DNA of 64,000 nt from Anaeromyxobacter sp. (GCA_049840735.1 JASGJN010000021.1:192001-256000), one strand, 5' to 3'; positions 42,516-53,351 are shown, counted from the first letter of the stretch. Translations and numbers: made by a program. Notes: a model not told the origin generated them from the sequence alone.

Positions 42516-43643
42516 ATGAAGCCACGCATCATTTGCATCATCGGCACGCGGCCCGAGGCAATCAAGATGGCCCCCGTCGTGCTCGCGCTGCGCCGCGCGG
42601 GCTTCGACGCGCCGATCCTGGCCACCGCCCAGCACCGGGACCTGCTCGACCAGATGCTCGCGGTGTTCCGGCTGAAGCCGGAGTGGGACCTGGACGCGAT
42701 GACTCCGCGGCAGGGGCTGTCCGAGCTGCTTGCGCGAATCCTGCCACGGCTCGATCAGCTCATCCGTTCCAGCGGCGCAGCCGCGGTGCTCGGGCAGGGC
42801 GACACGACCACGGTGCTGGGGGCCGCGATCGCTGCCTTCCACGCTGGGGTGCCCTTCGGGCACGTGGAAGCTGGGCTGCGGAGCGGGTCGCTCGCCGCAC
42901 CGTTCCCGGAAGAGGGAAACCGGCGCCTCGCGAGTGTCCTGACGGAGTGGCACTTCGCGCCGACCGAAACGGCTGGCGCTGCCCTTCGTGCGGAGGGTGT
43001 CGCTCACGACAAGGTGCACGTGGTGGGGAACTCGGTCATCGACGCGCTGCTCGGGATGGCCGACCGTCCGGATCTTCCCTGGCCGGCGAGCGTCCCCGCC
43101 CTCTCTCCGACGCAAAGGCTCGTGCTGGTGACGCTGCACCGCCGCGAGAACTTCGGCGCGCCTATCCAGGCGATCCTCGGCGCGCTACGCGAGTTCGCGA
43201 GCCGGCACGAGGATGCCGTGTTCGTCTACCCGGTGCACCCGAACCCCAACGTCTTCGGGCCGGCCCGCGATGCGCTCGGCGGTTTGCCGAACGTGCACCT
43301 CATCGAACCGGTCGAGTACCCGACGATGGTCAACCTCCTCCGGCGCTCCTACCTGGTCTTGACCGACAGCGGTGGTCTGCAGGAAGAGGGGCCGGCGCTG
43401 GGCAAGCCCGTGCTGGTGTTCCGTGAGGTGACGGAGCGCCCCGAGGCCGTGGCGGCTGGTGGCGTGAGGCTCGTGGGAGCCGATCCGGCGAAGTTCCTCG
43501 CCGAGGCAGAGGCGCTCTGGACCTCGAGCGCCGCCTACGGCGTGATGGCCAAGCCCCGATTTCCCTACGGCGAGGGGCGCACGGCGGAGCGGATCGTGGA
43601 CATCTTGGGCCGCCGCTTTCACGGGCCGACGGCGGACGAGTGA
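42516..43643 (+). CDS. wecB: UDP-N-acetylglucosamine 2-epimerase (second copy)
   Basis: GTRPEAIKMAP, QGDTTT, HVEAGLRS, TLHRREN and TDSGGLQEE motifs. Confidence 0.93.
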   Translation: MKPRIICIIGTRPEAIKMAPVVLALRRAGFDAPILATAQHRDLLDQMLAVFRLKPEWDLDAMTPRQGLSELLARILPRLDQLIRSSGAAAVLGQGDTTTVLGAAIAAFHAGVPFGHVEAGLRSGSLAAPFPEEGNRRLASVLTEWHFAPTETAGAALRAEGVAHDKVHVVGNSVIDALLGMADRPDLPWPASVPALSPTQRLVLVTLHRRENFGAPIQAILGALREFASRHEDAVFVYPVHPNPNVFGPARDALGGLPNVHLIEPVEYPTMVNLLRRSYLVLTDSGGLQEEGPALGKPVLVFREVTERPEAVAAGGVRLVGADPAKFLAEAEALWTSSAAYGVMAKPRFPYGEGRTAERIVDILGRRFHGPTADE

Positions 43644-45025
43644 GCGCGGCACCGCTGGCATGGCCACATGTGTTGACGGCCCGCCTGAGGAGTCTGCTCG
43701 CGTCTCCGCTCGGGAGGCGCGTCGGCGGGGGTGTCCTGTGGTCGCTCGTCGGCGGGTTCTTAGGGCGCGGGGCCGTGGTCCTGTCCGGGATCGTCACCGC
43801 CCGGATCCTGGGGAAGGCGGACTTCGGCGCGCTCGGGGTCATCCAGAACACCATCCTGATGTTCGGGGTCTTCGCCGGCTTCGGCATGGGGCTCACGGCG
43901 ACCAAGTTCGTGGCGGAGCATCGGCAGGTCGACCCGCGGCTGGCGGGGCAGTGCCTCACGCTCACCGCGATCGTCGCGATGGTCACCGGCGTGGTCGCCA
44001 CCGGCGCGCTGTGGGGCGTGGGCCCCTGGCTGGCGGACAGCATGCTGTCCGCCCCACACCTCGCGCCCGCGCTGCGGGTGAGCTCGCTGGTGTTCCTCTT
44101 CACCGCGGTCCAGGGCGCCTTGACCGGAGCGCTCGCCGGGTTCGAGGCATTCAAGGTCACGGCCTGGGTGAACGTGTGGACGGGCCTGGTGGGACTTGTG
44201 GTGAACACAGCGCTCGTCTTGTGGGCAGGATTCGACGGCGCTGTGTGGGGGCTCGTCCTGGCTTCCCTGGTGGGCTGCGTGGCCACCGCCGCAGCGGTGT
44301 GGAGGGAAGCGCGGAGGGCGTCCGTCCCGCTCGGCCTCTCGCGAGCCGCGGCGCCCTGGCGGATCCTGCTCGGCTACAGCGTGCCGGCCGTGCTCTCGCA
44401 GGCGCTGGTCGGCCCCGTGCGCTGGATGTGCAGCGTGATGCTCGTGAACACGGCCAGCGGGTTCGCAGAGATGGGGGTCTTCAACGCTGCGAACCAGTGG
44501 AGCCAGGTCGTGCTGTTCCTGTCCGCCACGGTCTCCAACGTCACCATCCCCAGTCTCGCGGAGCGGCTCGGGCGTCGGGACCACGGCTCCTCGCTGCGCG
44601 TGCTCAAAGGTACGGTTGCGGCGACCGCGCTCGTGGTCCTGCCCATCGTGATCGTTGCGTCGCTGGCGAGCCCGCTCGTCATGCGCGCCTACGGACCCGG
44701 GTTCGCCCAGGGTTGGCCGACGATGGTGGTGGCGTTCGCGACGGCCGGCCTCCTGGCGGTGCAGTCCCCGATCGGCAACGTCATCCAGGCCTCGGGCCGC
44801 ATGTGGCCGGGCATGGTCATGAACCTGTGCTGGGGCGCTGCCTACGTCGCGTTCACCTGGCTGTGCTTGCCGCTTGGCGCTCTTGGGCTGGCGCTGGCTG
44901 GCCTGGCCGCGTATGCGCTCCACGGCGTCTGGACGACGCTGTACGCGCGCAGGATCTTCGCCGAGTATTCGGCGTTGGCCGGATCGTCCCCAGCTCCATC
45001 GAGCGCAGGCGTGATCCCCAGGTGA
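43640..45025 (+). CDS. wzx: Polysaccharide flippase (second Wzx)
   Basis: ARILGKADFG...GMGLTATKFVAE and EMGVFNAA motifs, with about 12 TM helices. Confidence 0.85.
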   Translation: MSAAPLAWPHVLTARLRSLLASPLGRRVGGGVLWSLVGGFLGRGAVVLSGIVTARILGKADFGALGVIQNTILMFGVFAGFGMGLTATKFVAEHRQVDPRLAGQCLTLTAIVAMVTGVVATGALWGVGPWLADSMLSAPHLAPALRVSSLVFLFTAVQGALTGALAGFEAFKVTAWVNVWTGLVGLVVNTALVLWAGFDGAVWGLVLASLVGCVATAAAVWREARRASVPLGLSRAAAPWRILLGYSVPAVLSQALVGPVRWMCSVMLVNTASGFAEMGVFNAANQWSQVVLFLSATVSNVTIPSLAERLGRRDHGSSLRVLKGTVAATALVVLPIVIVASLASPLVMRAYGPGFAQGWPTMVVAFATAGLLAVQSPIGNVIQASGRMWPGMVMNLCWGAAYVAFTWLCLPLGALGLALAGLAAYALHGVWTTLYARRIFAEYSALAGSSPAPSSAGVIPR

Positions 45026-45134
45026 ACGCCGGGCGCGAGGCCCTCACGGCCCCGGGAACGCTTGTTCACTGGGGGCACGTGATCTAGACAGTCGGCGGCC
45101 GGGCTCTCCTTCGGAGCCGCGGCACGAGGTGAAG

Positions 45135-46382
45135 ATGACAGAGCCGGTCGAGAGCCGCTCCCCCGCGCCCGCGCACTTCCGCGAGCAGCAACCCGTGGGC
45201 TTTCGTATGAGCCTCATCGAAGTGGCCATGCTCCTCGGCCGACACCGTCGGGTGCTCTTGCTGGCGCCCATCGCCGCCGCGATCATCGCCGCCGTCGTGA
45301 CGGCGTTCGTGCCGAGGACCTACCTTGGGGTGGCGCGGATCCTCCCGCCCCAGCAGAACCAGCCCAGCGCGGCGGCGCTGCTGGGCCAGGCCGCCGGTGG
45401 TCTCGCGGGGTTGGCTGGTGGCGCGCTCGGGATGAAGAGCCCGAGCGACCTCTACATCGGCATCCTCAAGAGCGACACGGTCGCGAACGCGATGATCGAT
45501 CGTTTCGGGCTGATGGAGCGCTACGAGGAGAAGCTGCGTGAGGACGCCCGGCGGACGCTGGCGGCGAACGCGCGGTTCTCCGCCGACAAGACCGGGATCA
45601 TCACGGTGGAGGTAGAAGCTCGGGATCCGCAGCTGGCGGCCGACCTCGCCAACGGCTTCGTCGAGGAGCTGAACACCGTCACCAACAAGCTGGCGATCAC
45701 GGAGGCTTCGCAGCGGCGGGTGTTCTTCGAGCGACAGCTCGTGCAGACCAAGGAGAAGCTGTCGGAGGCGGAGGTGGCCCTCCGGCGCGCCATCGATGCT
45801 GGCGGGATCGTCAGCGTCGACGCCCAGAGCCGCTCCACGCTGGAGACGGTCGCCAGGCTTCGCGCGCAGGTCAGCGCCAAGCTCGTCCAGATCGGGGGCA
45901 TCCGTGCATACGCTGCCGAGGGCAATCCGGATCTGCTTCGAGCCGAGCGCGAGCTCGCGGCCCTGAAGGCCGAGCTCGCGCGGCTGGAGTCCGGCGCCAC
46001 CGTAGCCGACCCGGCGCTCTCCGCCGCGGATGCCACCCCAGGGCACGGCGTCGAGACGATCAGGCTCCTCAGGGAGGTGAAGTACCACGAGGTCCTCCTC
46101 GAGCTGGTGGCGAAGCAGTACGAGCTGGCGAGGGCGGAGGAGAGCAGGGACTCGCCCACCGTCCAGCTCCTGGACAAGGCTGCGCCGCCGGAGCGTCGCT
46201 TCAAGCCGAAGCGCACCCTCCTGGTGGCGGGTGCGGCCCTGGCTGCACTCCTCGTGGCCGCCGTGGCGATCATCTGCCGTGGGGCGTGGTCGGCCCAGTT
46301 CTCGGACCCGTCGGCGCGCACGCGGCTGGAGGGCCTTCGGGAGGCGTGGGGGTTGTCTCGCCGGGCCGGACGGGGCGACTGA
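45135..46382 (+). CDS. wzz: Chain-length determinant (Wzz/GumC, GNVR-type) without a kinase domain
   Basis: N- and C-terminal TM helices, DPQLAADLAN, a coiled coil and LDKAAPPERRFKPKR. Confidence 0.85.
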   Translation: MTEPVESRSPAPAHFREQQPVGFRMSLIEVAMLLGRHRRVLLLAPIAAAIIAAVVTAFVPRTYLGVARILPPQQNQPSAAALLGQAAGGLAGLAGGALGMKSPSDLYIGILKSDTVANAMIDRFGLMERYEEKLREDARRTLAANARFSADKTGIITVEVEARDPQLAADLANGFVEELNTVTNKLAITEASQRRVFFERQLVQTKEKLSEAEVALRRAIDAGGIVSVDAQSRSTLETVARLRAQVSAKLVQIGGIRAYAAEGNPDLLRAERELAALKAELARLESGATVADPALSAADATPGHGVETIRLLREVKYHEVLLELVAKQYELARAEESRDSPTVQLLDKAAPPERRFKPKRTLLVAGAALAALLVAAVAIICRGAWSAQFSDPSARTRLEGLREAWGLSRRAGRGD

Positions 46383-46383
46383 A

Positions 46384-47445
46384 ATGGAAGCCACGCGGAC
46401 GCTTGGCTCAGCGCAGGCTGCCGAGGTCGACGGCCGGTCGGCCTTCGTACTGTGCCATCCCCGGGATCGAAATGACGCCACGTTCAGGTATCTGCGCGTG
46501 GTCGAACGGGCGCTCGCGATGGCTGGGTACCGTTGCCGCGGCATCGTCGAGTCACTCGAGTCGGTCCGGGACGGAGACCTGGTCTTCACCATCAGCTGCA
46601 TTTACGCCCTCAAGGTGCTGCTCAGCCGGAAGCGGGTGAAGCTGGTGCACTGGTTCCAGGGCGTGGAGCCGGAGGAGCGCCGCTTCCTGCACGGGGGGGT
46701 GAAGGGCGTCCTGCAGGGGTGGCTCTGGTCCCTGCTGGAGCGCTGGACGCTGCGGAGGGCCACCTTGCCCTTGTTCGTGTCCCAGGAGATGGCCGAGCAC
46801 TACGGCTGCAAGTACGGCTTCCGCGGCGAGCACTTCGTGATGCCCTGCTACAACGCCGATCTCGACCCACAGGCGTTCGAGGACAAGTACGGCGCGCTCC
46901 GGCTCGTCTACGCAGGGTCGATGCATCCCTGGCAGCGTGTGGGCGATGTGGTCGAGGTCTATCGCGAGCTGAAGCGCTCCGTCCCGGATGTCACGCTCAC
47001 GATCCTGACACGGGAGCTGGAACAGGCCCGCGCCCTGTGCGCTCGCCGCGGGGTCCCCGAGGTCCAGGTTCGCTCCGTGCCGGCCGACCGCGTCGCGGCC
47101 GAGCTCCGGCCCTTTTCCTTTGGCTTCATCCTGCGCGGCGAGATGGCGATTAACCGAGTGAGCACGCCGACGAAGCTGAGCTCGTACATGGCTGCTGGCG
47201 TCATTCCGGTCCTGACGAGCGCCACGCCGGCGCTGGTGAGGGCCGTCCAGTCCACCACGTTCCGGATCGCCGTCGGCGCTGACGCGCCCACGGCGGAGAC
47301 CGCGGACGAGATACGAAAGCTCTACTGGACCGGCATCCGGCCGGAGCAGGTTCTTCGCGACTACCGGGCCGTCTTCGGTGACCTGTTCGATGACGAGACG
47401 AACGCCGTGACGCTCTGTGGGCTCCTCCGGCGCCTATGCTCCTGA
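46384..47445 (+). CDS. Putative glycosyltransferase (GT-B)
   Basis: VYAGSMHPWQ and NRVSTPTKLSSYMAAGVIP motifs. Confidence 0.75.
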   Translation: MEATRTLGSAQAAEVDGRSAFVLCHPRDRNDATFRYLRVVERALAMAGYRCRGIVESLESVRDGDLVFTISCIYALKVLLSRKRVKLVHWFQGVEPEERRFLHGGVKGVLQGWLWSLLERWTLRRATLPLFVSQEMAEHYGCKYGFRGEHFVMPCYNADLDPQAFEDKYGALRLVYAGSMHPWQRVGDVVEVYRELKRSVPDVTLTILTRELEQARALCARRGVPEVQVRSVPADRVAAELRPFSFGFILRGEMAINRVSTPTKLSSYMAAGVIPVLTSATPALVRAVQSTTFRIAVGADAPTAETADEIRKLYWTGIRPEQVLRDYRAVFGDLFDDETNAVTLCGLLRRLCS

Positions 47446-48737
47446 GCCTGCGGATCTACCTGTACGGAGCCTGTCTCTGGGGGCTCCTCTGCCTGCCCGG
47501 AGCAGGGCTGGGTCCGGCTGCACCGGCGATCCTGGCGGTCATCGATGCGATGCCGCTGCTGCTCCTCGCGGTGAGCCTCGCGTCGTGGCGGGCATGGGAG
47601 CGAACGAGGCTGAGCCTCCTGCAGCTTCTCGGTATCGCACTGCTGGCAGGGCTGGCCGTGGCGAACGTGGCCGTGACCGCGCTGTCGAGCGGATCCGTGC
47701 TGGATGGGGTCAAGTATCTGGCAGCGCTGGCTCGACCGCTGACGCTCCTCGCCGCGCTCGGGCTGCACCGCGCGGCCTCGGACGCCAGCGGCGAGGATCG
47801 CGCCGTATATCGGTCGGTGCTCCTGCGCGACCTGCGCGTCATCGTGGTCGTCCACTTTGCGGCAGCAGCGGTCCAGCGCGTGTTCCCAGGCGTGGGAGAG
47901 CGGCTGATCCCGTTGGTGTCCGAGACGCAGTCCGGGCTGGCTGCGCTGGCCGAACACGACGTCAGCGGCTTCTTCCCGAACTCGATCGACTTCTCATATC
48001 TGACGGTGGCTGCATACCTTGTGCTCCATGCCGAACGCATGTTCGTCGAGCGCCGCCGCCCGCCGCTGTGGTCGACGGTCGTCTTCGGTGCCTTCGCCGC
48101 CGCCTCCGGGAGTGACGCGTCCGTGGTCTGCTTCGCCATGGTCGTGGCGGCCGGATGGCTCGCGCCCTTGCCCACGGCGAAGCGCCGGCGGATGGCTGGG
48201 GGGGCAGCGGTGTTAGGCGCGCTCGTCGCGGCAGCCACGGCGGGCATCTGGCAAGGCGCGCTCCTGCTCAAGATCGACAACATGATGCTGAGCAGGTTCG
48301 GGCTGTTGTTCGTCAGCACGCCACTCATGATCGCAGAGCATCCAGGCGTGCTCCTGACCGGGCTCGGCGGTGACTTCCACGTGATCGAGGCCGCCATCAA
48401 GGCGCTGCCCCAGGTGCCGCTCGTCTTCACCTACGATGACGTGACGCAGGTCATCAACGACGTCTTCTGGGTCGGGCTCATGCTCTCGCTCGGCGCGCCG
48501 CTCGCCCTCGCCTACGTCCTCTCCTGGCGCTCCCTGTTCAATGGTGCCTGCTCGCTGCCGACGGCGTCACGCGCGATCTCGCCCGCGAGCGTCGTGCTCG
48601 CGATCGTCATCTTCGCGGGCTTCTTCAACCAGATCCTGCTGGTTCGCTCGTTCTATTCGGCGCTCTGCGTCGGGCTCTTCGCCCTGCGCTATGCGCCGCG
48701 GCCGTGCGGCGACCAGGTGGCGGAGGTCACGTCATGA
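47436..48737 (+). CDS. Putative Wzy polymerase (second)
   Basis: About 11 TM helices with two loops (SGFFPNS), located between glycosyltransferase genes. Confidence 0.6.
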   Translation: MLLSLRIYLYGACLWGLLCLPGAGLGPAAPAILAVIDAMPLLLLAVSLASWRAWERTRLSLLQLLGIALLAGLAVANVAVTALSSGSVLDGVKYLAALARPLTLLAALGLHRAASDASGEDRAVYRSVLLRDLRVIVVVHFAAAAVQRVFPGVGERLIPLVSETQSGLAALAEHDVSGFFPNSIDFSYLTVAAYLVLHAERMFVERRRPPLWSTVVFGAFAAASGSDASVVCFAMVVAAGWLAPLPTAKRRRMAGGAAVLGALVAAATAGIWQGALLLKIDNMMLSRFGLLFVSTPLMIAEHPGVLLTGLGGDFHVIEAAIKALPQVPLVFTYDDVTQVINDVFWVGLMLSLGAPLALAYVLSWRSLFNGACSLPTASRAISPASVVLAIVIFAGFFNQILLVRSFYSALCVGLFALRYAPRPCGDQVAEVTS

Positions 48738-50071
48738 ACCCCGGCGAGCGCTCATCCTTGCCACGGAACGTCGAGGCACCGCGCAGGTGGATCCTCGTCT
48801 CCGCGCATCACTGTGCTCCGGAGATGGGAAGCGAGCATGCGGTCGGGTGGAACTACGTGAAGCGCCTCGCTCGGGTTCACGACCTGCTGCTCATCACGCA
48901 GGACAACGAGTTCAGGCCCGCGATCGAGCAGGCGCTGGCCGGTTTGGACACCGCCGGCCACAGGGTGGAACCGCACTTCGTCCGGCACGGCGCCCGGAGC
49001 GACGGCCGGAAGAACAACCTTCGCGTCTTCTATTACCTGACCTACATCCTCTACCAGTGGCGCGTGCTCCGCCTGGCGCAGGCGCTCTGCGGTCGGCGCG
49101 ATGTCCGAGCGATCCATCACCTCACCATCGTCGGCTTCAGGGAACCGGGATTCCTCTGGCTCCTCCAGAAGCCCTTCGTTTGGGGGCCGGTCGGCGGGCT
49201 GGTGTTCACCCCGCCGGGCCTCTTCGACCTGCTCTCGCCAAAGATGCGCGCGTTCCAGGTCATCCGGAACCTGATCACGGCTGCGCAGTTCCACTGCAGC
49301 CTCCGCGTCAGGCTCGCCTTCCGGAAGGCCACCCGCAACGGCCGCTTCATCGCAGCCACGGAGGACATCGGGCGCAGGTTCACCGCGGCCCTGGGTGGGG
49401 ACTACGTCCGGATACCGGAGACGGGGGCTGAGCCCTCCGCGTCGCAGCTTGGGCTCGACCGCCAGGCCATGGAGCGCCCCCTGCGCTTGCTGTGGGTGGG
49501 TGCGCTCATCGACATCAAGCCCATGGAGCCATTGCTCGAGGCAATCGCCTCGATCGAGGGGCACAGGGCCCGGATCCAGCTGGATGTCGTGGGCGACGGC
49601 GACTCCGCCGAGCGCTACCGCGAGTGCGCCACGCGGCTCCGTGTGAATGCGGTCTTCCACGGGTGGAAGCCGCACGCGGAGGTCCAGCGCATGTACGGAG
49701 GCGCCGATCTCTTCGTGCTCTTCAGCCTCAAGGACCTGACCACGAACGTGGTCTTCGAGGCGCTCGGGCAAGGCGTGCCGGTGCTGTGCCTGGATCATCA
49801 CGGCTACTCGGAGATCGTCGACGCCGGTTGCGGGTACAAGCTGCCGATCACCGGTCGCGACGGGGTCGTCCTCGCAGCGGCCACGGTGCTGCGGCAGGCG
49901 CTGGCCGAGCCGCAGCAGCTCGAATCGCTGCGCGCAGGAGCATTGGCCCGCGCGCGGGAGTTCTCCTGGGATCGGAATGTGGCACAGGTGAGCGCGATCT
50001 ACGCCGAGCTCGCGGGAGGTGGCGAACCCAGGCCCGCTGCCGCCGGTGAGCCAGGGGGAGCACGACCGTGA
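48734..50071 (+). CDS. Glycosyltransferase, GT4
   Basis: GSEHAVGW, PFVWGPVGG and VVFEALGQGVPVLCLD motifs. Confidence 0.85.
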   Translation: MNPGERSSLPRNVEAPRRWILVSAHHCAPEMGSEHAVGWNYVKRLARVHDLLLITQDNEFRPAIEQALAGLDTAGHRVEPHFVRHGARSDGRKNNLRVFYYLTYILYQWRVLRLAQALCGRRDVRAIHHLTIVGFREPGFLWLLQKPFVWGPVGGLVFTPPGLFDLLSPKMRAFQVIRNLITAAQFHCSLRVRLAFRKATRNGRFIAATEDIGRRFTAALGGDYVRIPETGAEPSASQLGLDRQAMERPLRLLWVGALIDIKPMEPLLEAIASIEGHRARIQLDVVGDGDSAERYRECATRLRVNAVFHGWKPHAEVQRMYGGADLFVLFSLKDLTTNVVFEALGQGVPVLCLDHHGYSEIVDAGCGYKLPITGRDGVVLAAATVLRQALAEPQQLESLRAGALARAREFSWDRNVAQVSAIYAELAGGGEPRPAAAGEPGGARP

Positions 50072-51315
50072 AGGTGTTGCAGATCAACAACAGCGAGGCG
50101 CTCGTCGGTGGCTCGGAGCGCGTCTACCACCTCACGTCCGAGTTGCTGGCCAGGAGCGGGCACCAGGTCTGCAGTCTCTCGTGTGGCGAGGCGCCAGCCG
50201 GCACCCAGAAGCGGGCGTACCTCCTGCGCAGGAACGGTTACTACGGTCGCTCCCCCATTGACGCTGTGCGAAATGCCGTGCAGTTCCTCCACCGTCGGGA
50301 GGCAGCCACGCTGCTCGAGGAGGTGCTGCGCGTCGAGCAGCCGGACGTGGCGCACCTGCACATCTTCTACGGGCAGCTGACCTCCGCGATCCTGCCGGTG
50401 CTCCGGCGGCACCGGATCCCGACGGTGATGAGCGTGCACGAGTACCGGCTCGTCTGTCCGGTCTCAAGCATGTTCAGGCCGGGGCACGGAGTCTGCGAGG
50501 AGTGCAGCGGCGGACGCTACTGGAGTGCCGTTCGCCACGCCTGCAACCGCGGGAGCAGGGCTGCCAGCCTCCTGTCGGCGGCCGAGTGCTACTGGCGGGA
50601 CAGGCGGATTCCGTACCCGGCACACATCGATCACTTCGTGATGGTGTCGGAGTTCTGCCGCCGGAAGCACGTCGAGCACCTGCCGGAGCTCGAATCGAGA
50701 TCATCGACCATCTACAACTTCGTGGACGAGGCCGCCATCGTGGCCCCCGTATCGCCAGCGGAGCCCCGATACGTGCTCTACGCAGGTCGGCTCGCGCCCG
50801 AGAAGGGCGTCGAGGTCCTGCTCGAAGCAGCCTCGCGCATCGGAGGACTCGAGGTCCGGATTGCGGGGACCGGCCCGTTGCTGGTCGAGCTGCAGGAACG
50901 CTGGCGGGGCGTGGCGAACATCCGCTTCCTAGGTCACCTCGGAGGCTCCGACCTGCGCGAACAGCTCTCGAGAGCGGCCTTCGTCGTCGTGCCGTCGATC
51001 TGGTTCGAGAACAACCCGATGTCAGTGCTCGAGAGCTTCGCGGCCGGGACACCCGTCATCGGCAGCGACATCGGCGGGATTCCAGAGCTGGTCGTCGACG
51101 ACGACACGGGCATTCTCGTGAAGCCAGGGGACGCCAGCTCGCTCGAAGCAGGGCTGCGTCGAGCGCTCGCGCTCGAGGGCGGCCAGCTCTGGGACATGAA
51201 GCGGCGCTGCCAGGCGCTCGTGCGCGCCAGGCACAGCCCGGCCTCACACCTCAGCGCACTGCTGGCCGTGTACCGCACTGCGGCCGAGGCGAAAGGTGTG
51301 ACGTTGGCGTGCTGA
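50068..51315 (+). CDS. Glycosyltransferase, GT4 with a Cys-rich insert
   Basis: GGSE, HEYRLVCP, GRLAPEKG and PSIWFENNPMSVLES motifs. Confidence 0.88.
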   Translation: MKVLQINNSEALVGGSERVYHLTSELLARSGHQVCSLSCGEAPAGTQKRAYLLRRNGYYGRSPIDAVRNAVQFLHRREAATLLEEVLRVEQPDVAHLHIFYGQLTSAILPVLRRHRIPTVMSVHEYRLVCPVSSMFRPGHGVCEECSGGRYWSAVRHACNRGSRAASLLSAAECYWRDRRIPYPAHIDHFVMVSEFCRRKHVEHLPELESRSSTIYNFVDEAAIVAPVSPAEPRYVLYAGRLAPEKGVEVLLEAASRIGGLEVRIAGTGPLLVELQERWRGVANIRFLGHLGGSDLREQLSRAAFVVVPSIWFENNPMSVLESFAAGTPVIGSDIGGIPELVVDDDTGILVKPGDASSLEAGLRRALALEGGQLWDMKRRCQALVRARHSPASHLSALLAVYRTAAEAKGVTLAC

Positions 51316-51449
51316 CCTGCCCGCGCTGAGCAGGAGACTGGCCAAGGCCAGAGCCCCACAGGCGTCCATGCCTGGTAGCCGAGTGGGAGCCCATGCTAAC
51401 CGTAAGCCCCGTCCCGGACGGCGCTGACCCGCAGGATGGCACCACGGCC

Positions 51450-52337
51450 ATGACGACCAACCGCAAAGGCATCATTCTCGCTGGCGGTGCCGGCACCCGG
51501 CTCCACCCTGCGACGCTGTCGCTCTCCAAGCAGCTCCTGCCGGTCTACGACAAGCCGATGGTCTACTACCCGCTCAGCGCGCTGATGCTGGCGGGCATCC
51601 GGGAGGTGCTTGTCATCTCGACCCCGCGGGACACGGCCTCGTTCCAGGACCTGCTCGGGGACGGTAGCCGCTGGGGCATGCGCTTCGAGTACAAGGTCCA
51701 GCCCAGCCCGGACGGTCTGGCGCAGGCCTTCATCCTGGGCGCCGACTTCGTACGCGGCGGTCCCTCGGCGCTGGTGCTCGGCGACAACATCTTCTTCGGC
51801 CACGAGTTCCACAGCCTGCTCGAGGCGGCCGACGAGCGGCGCCACGGCGCCTCGGTCTTCGCGTACCTGGTGAACGATCCCGAACGCTACGGCGTGGTCG
51901 AGTTCGATGCGAAGCGGCGCGCGATCTCCATCGAGGAGAAGCCGAAGCAGCCCAAGTCCCGCTACGCGGTGACGGGCCTCTACTTCTACGACGAGCAGGT
52001 GGCCGAGCTGGCGAAGCAGGTCAAGCCCTCGGCGCGGGGCGAGCTGGAGATCACCGATCTCAACCGCATGTATCTCGAGCAGGGCAGCCTGTCCGTCGAG
52101 ATCATGGGCCGAGGCTACGCCTGGCTGGACACCGGCACGCACGATTCGCTGCTGGAGGCGGGGCAGTTCATCGCCACGCTGGAGAAGCGGCAGGGCTTGA
52201 AGGTGTCCTGCCCGGAGGAGATCGCCTGGCGGAATGGGTGGATCGACGACACCGCGCTCGAGAACCTGGCGGCGGCGCTGGGCAAGTCAGGTTACGGGGC
52301 TTACCTGCGCTCGCTTCTCGGGACGCAGGTGTTCTGA
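51450..52337 (+). CDS. rmlA: Glucose-1-phosphate thymidylyltransferase
   Basis: [36 protein letters not shown] and WLDTGTH motifs. Confidence 0.96.
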   Translation: MTTNRKGIILAGGAGTRLHPATLSLSKQLLPVYDKPMVYYPLSALMLAGIREVLVISTPRDTASFQDLLGDGSRWGMRFEYKVQPSPDGLAQAFILGADFVRGGPSALVLGDNIFFGHEFHSLLEAADERRHGASVFAYLVNDPERYGVVEFDAKRRAISIEEKPKQPKSRYAVTGLYFYDEQVAELAKQVKPSARGELEITDLNRMYLEQGSLSVEIMGRGYAWLDTGTHDSLLEAGQFIATLEKRQGLKVSCPEEIAWRNGWIDDTALENLAAALGKSGYGAYLRSLLGTQVF

Positions 52338-52885
52338 TGAAGATCACGCCGACGGCCATCCCCGACGTGCTCGTGGTCGAGCCGCGGGTCTTCGGCGACG
52401 CGCGCGGGTTCTTCTACGAGAGCTTCAACCGGAGGATCCTGGAGGAGGCCATCGGCCGCTCCCTGGACTTCGTGCAGGACAACCACAGCCGCTCCGCCCG
52501 TGGCGTGCTGCGAGGTCTGCATTACCAGCAGCCTCATCCGCAGGGAAAGCTGGTGCGCGTGGTCCAGGGCGAGGTCTTCGACGTCGCCGTGGATCTGCGC
52601 CGCAGCTCACCGACCTTCGGGGGCTGGGTGGGCGAGCGCCTCTCGGCCGAGGACAAGAAGCAGCTCTGGATCCCGGAGGGCTTCGCACACGGCTTCGTCG
52701 TGCTCTCGGAGTCCGCCGAGTTCCTCTACAAGACCACCGACTACTGGCACCCGGAGTCGGAGCGCTGCATCCGCTGGGACGATCAGCGCCTCGCGATCGA
52801 GTGGCCGGTCGCCGGCCTCACTCCGATGGTTTCGTCAAAGGACGCGGCGGGCCTGGCCTTCGACGCGGCCCCGCATTTCGACTGA
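52337..52885 (+). CDS. rmlC: dTDP-4-dehydrorhamnose 3,5-epimerase
   Basis: FGDARGFF, QDNHSRS, VLRGLHYQ and GFAHGF motifs. Confidence 0.96.
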   Translation: MKITPTAIPDVLVVEPRVFGDARGFFYESFNRRILEEAIGRSLDFVQDNHSRSARGVLRGLHYQQPHPQGKLVRVVQGEVFDVAVDLRRSSPTFGGWVGERLSAEDKKQLWIPEGFAHGFVVLSESAEFLYKTTDYWHPESERCIRWDDQRLAIEWPVAGLTPMVSSKDAAGLAFDAAPHFD

Positions 52886-52898
52886 GGGGGCTCCGAGC

Positions 52899-52946
52899 AT
52901 GTAGGTGGTGCTGACCGGAGGCCCTGCCTTCATCGGCTTGAACCTC
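52899..52946 (+). pseudogene. Remnant 5' end of an NAD-dependent sugar dehydratase (rmlB-like)
   Basis: After a GAGGGGG RBS the frame reads M*VVLTGGPAFIGLNL, a decayed form of the M-x-ILVTGGAGFIGSN motif. Confidence 0.55.
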
Positions 52947-53132
52947 GGTTCTGGAGGAACGACGCCCCGCCGATTTGAAGGTGGGCGGCCTGGGTGCGAA
53001 ACCCGGGTCTCGTGGACCGCACCGAATCCCACCCTGGATTTTCGAGCAAGACGCCGCCGGACCTCATAGTTTCCTCTCGGGGGGGAGCTCGGGGAGGTCC
53101 GCTTGGCGCTTCGCGGCCGCCGTGCTGAGGCG

Positions 53133-53351
53133 ATGTTGGCCGTGGTGCTCCTGGGAGCGCTCGGCTGCAGCTTGGTTTGCGCCTGGGCCGGCGCACTGAT
53201 CGGTCCGGGGCTGGGCACCTTCGGCGCCGCTGCGGGCCTTTGCCTGCCGGGTGTGGCGCTGGGGCTGAGGTCCTGGCGTCGGAGGAGGAGGTCGCGGCCC
53301 TCCGTCTCCGCCTCCCTTCGCCCTTCTCTTGGCGCCGCGAACAAACGGTAA
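53133..53351 (+). CDS. Small hypothetical membrane protein
   Basis: Two hydrophobic segments and an Arg-rich tail, with GAGG upstream of the ATG. Confidence 0.35.
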   Translation: MLAVVLLGALGCSLVCAWAGALIGPGLGTFGAAAGLCLPGVALGLRSWRRRRRSRPSVSASLRPSLGAANKR

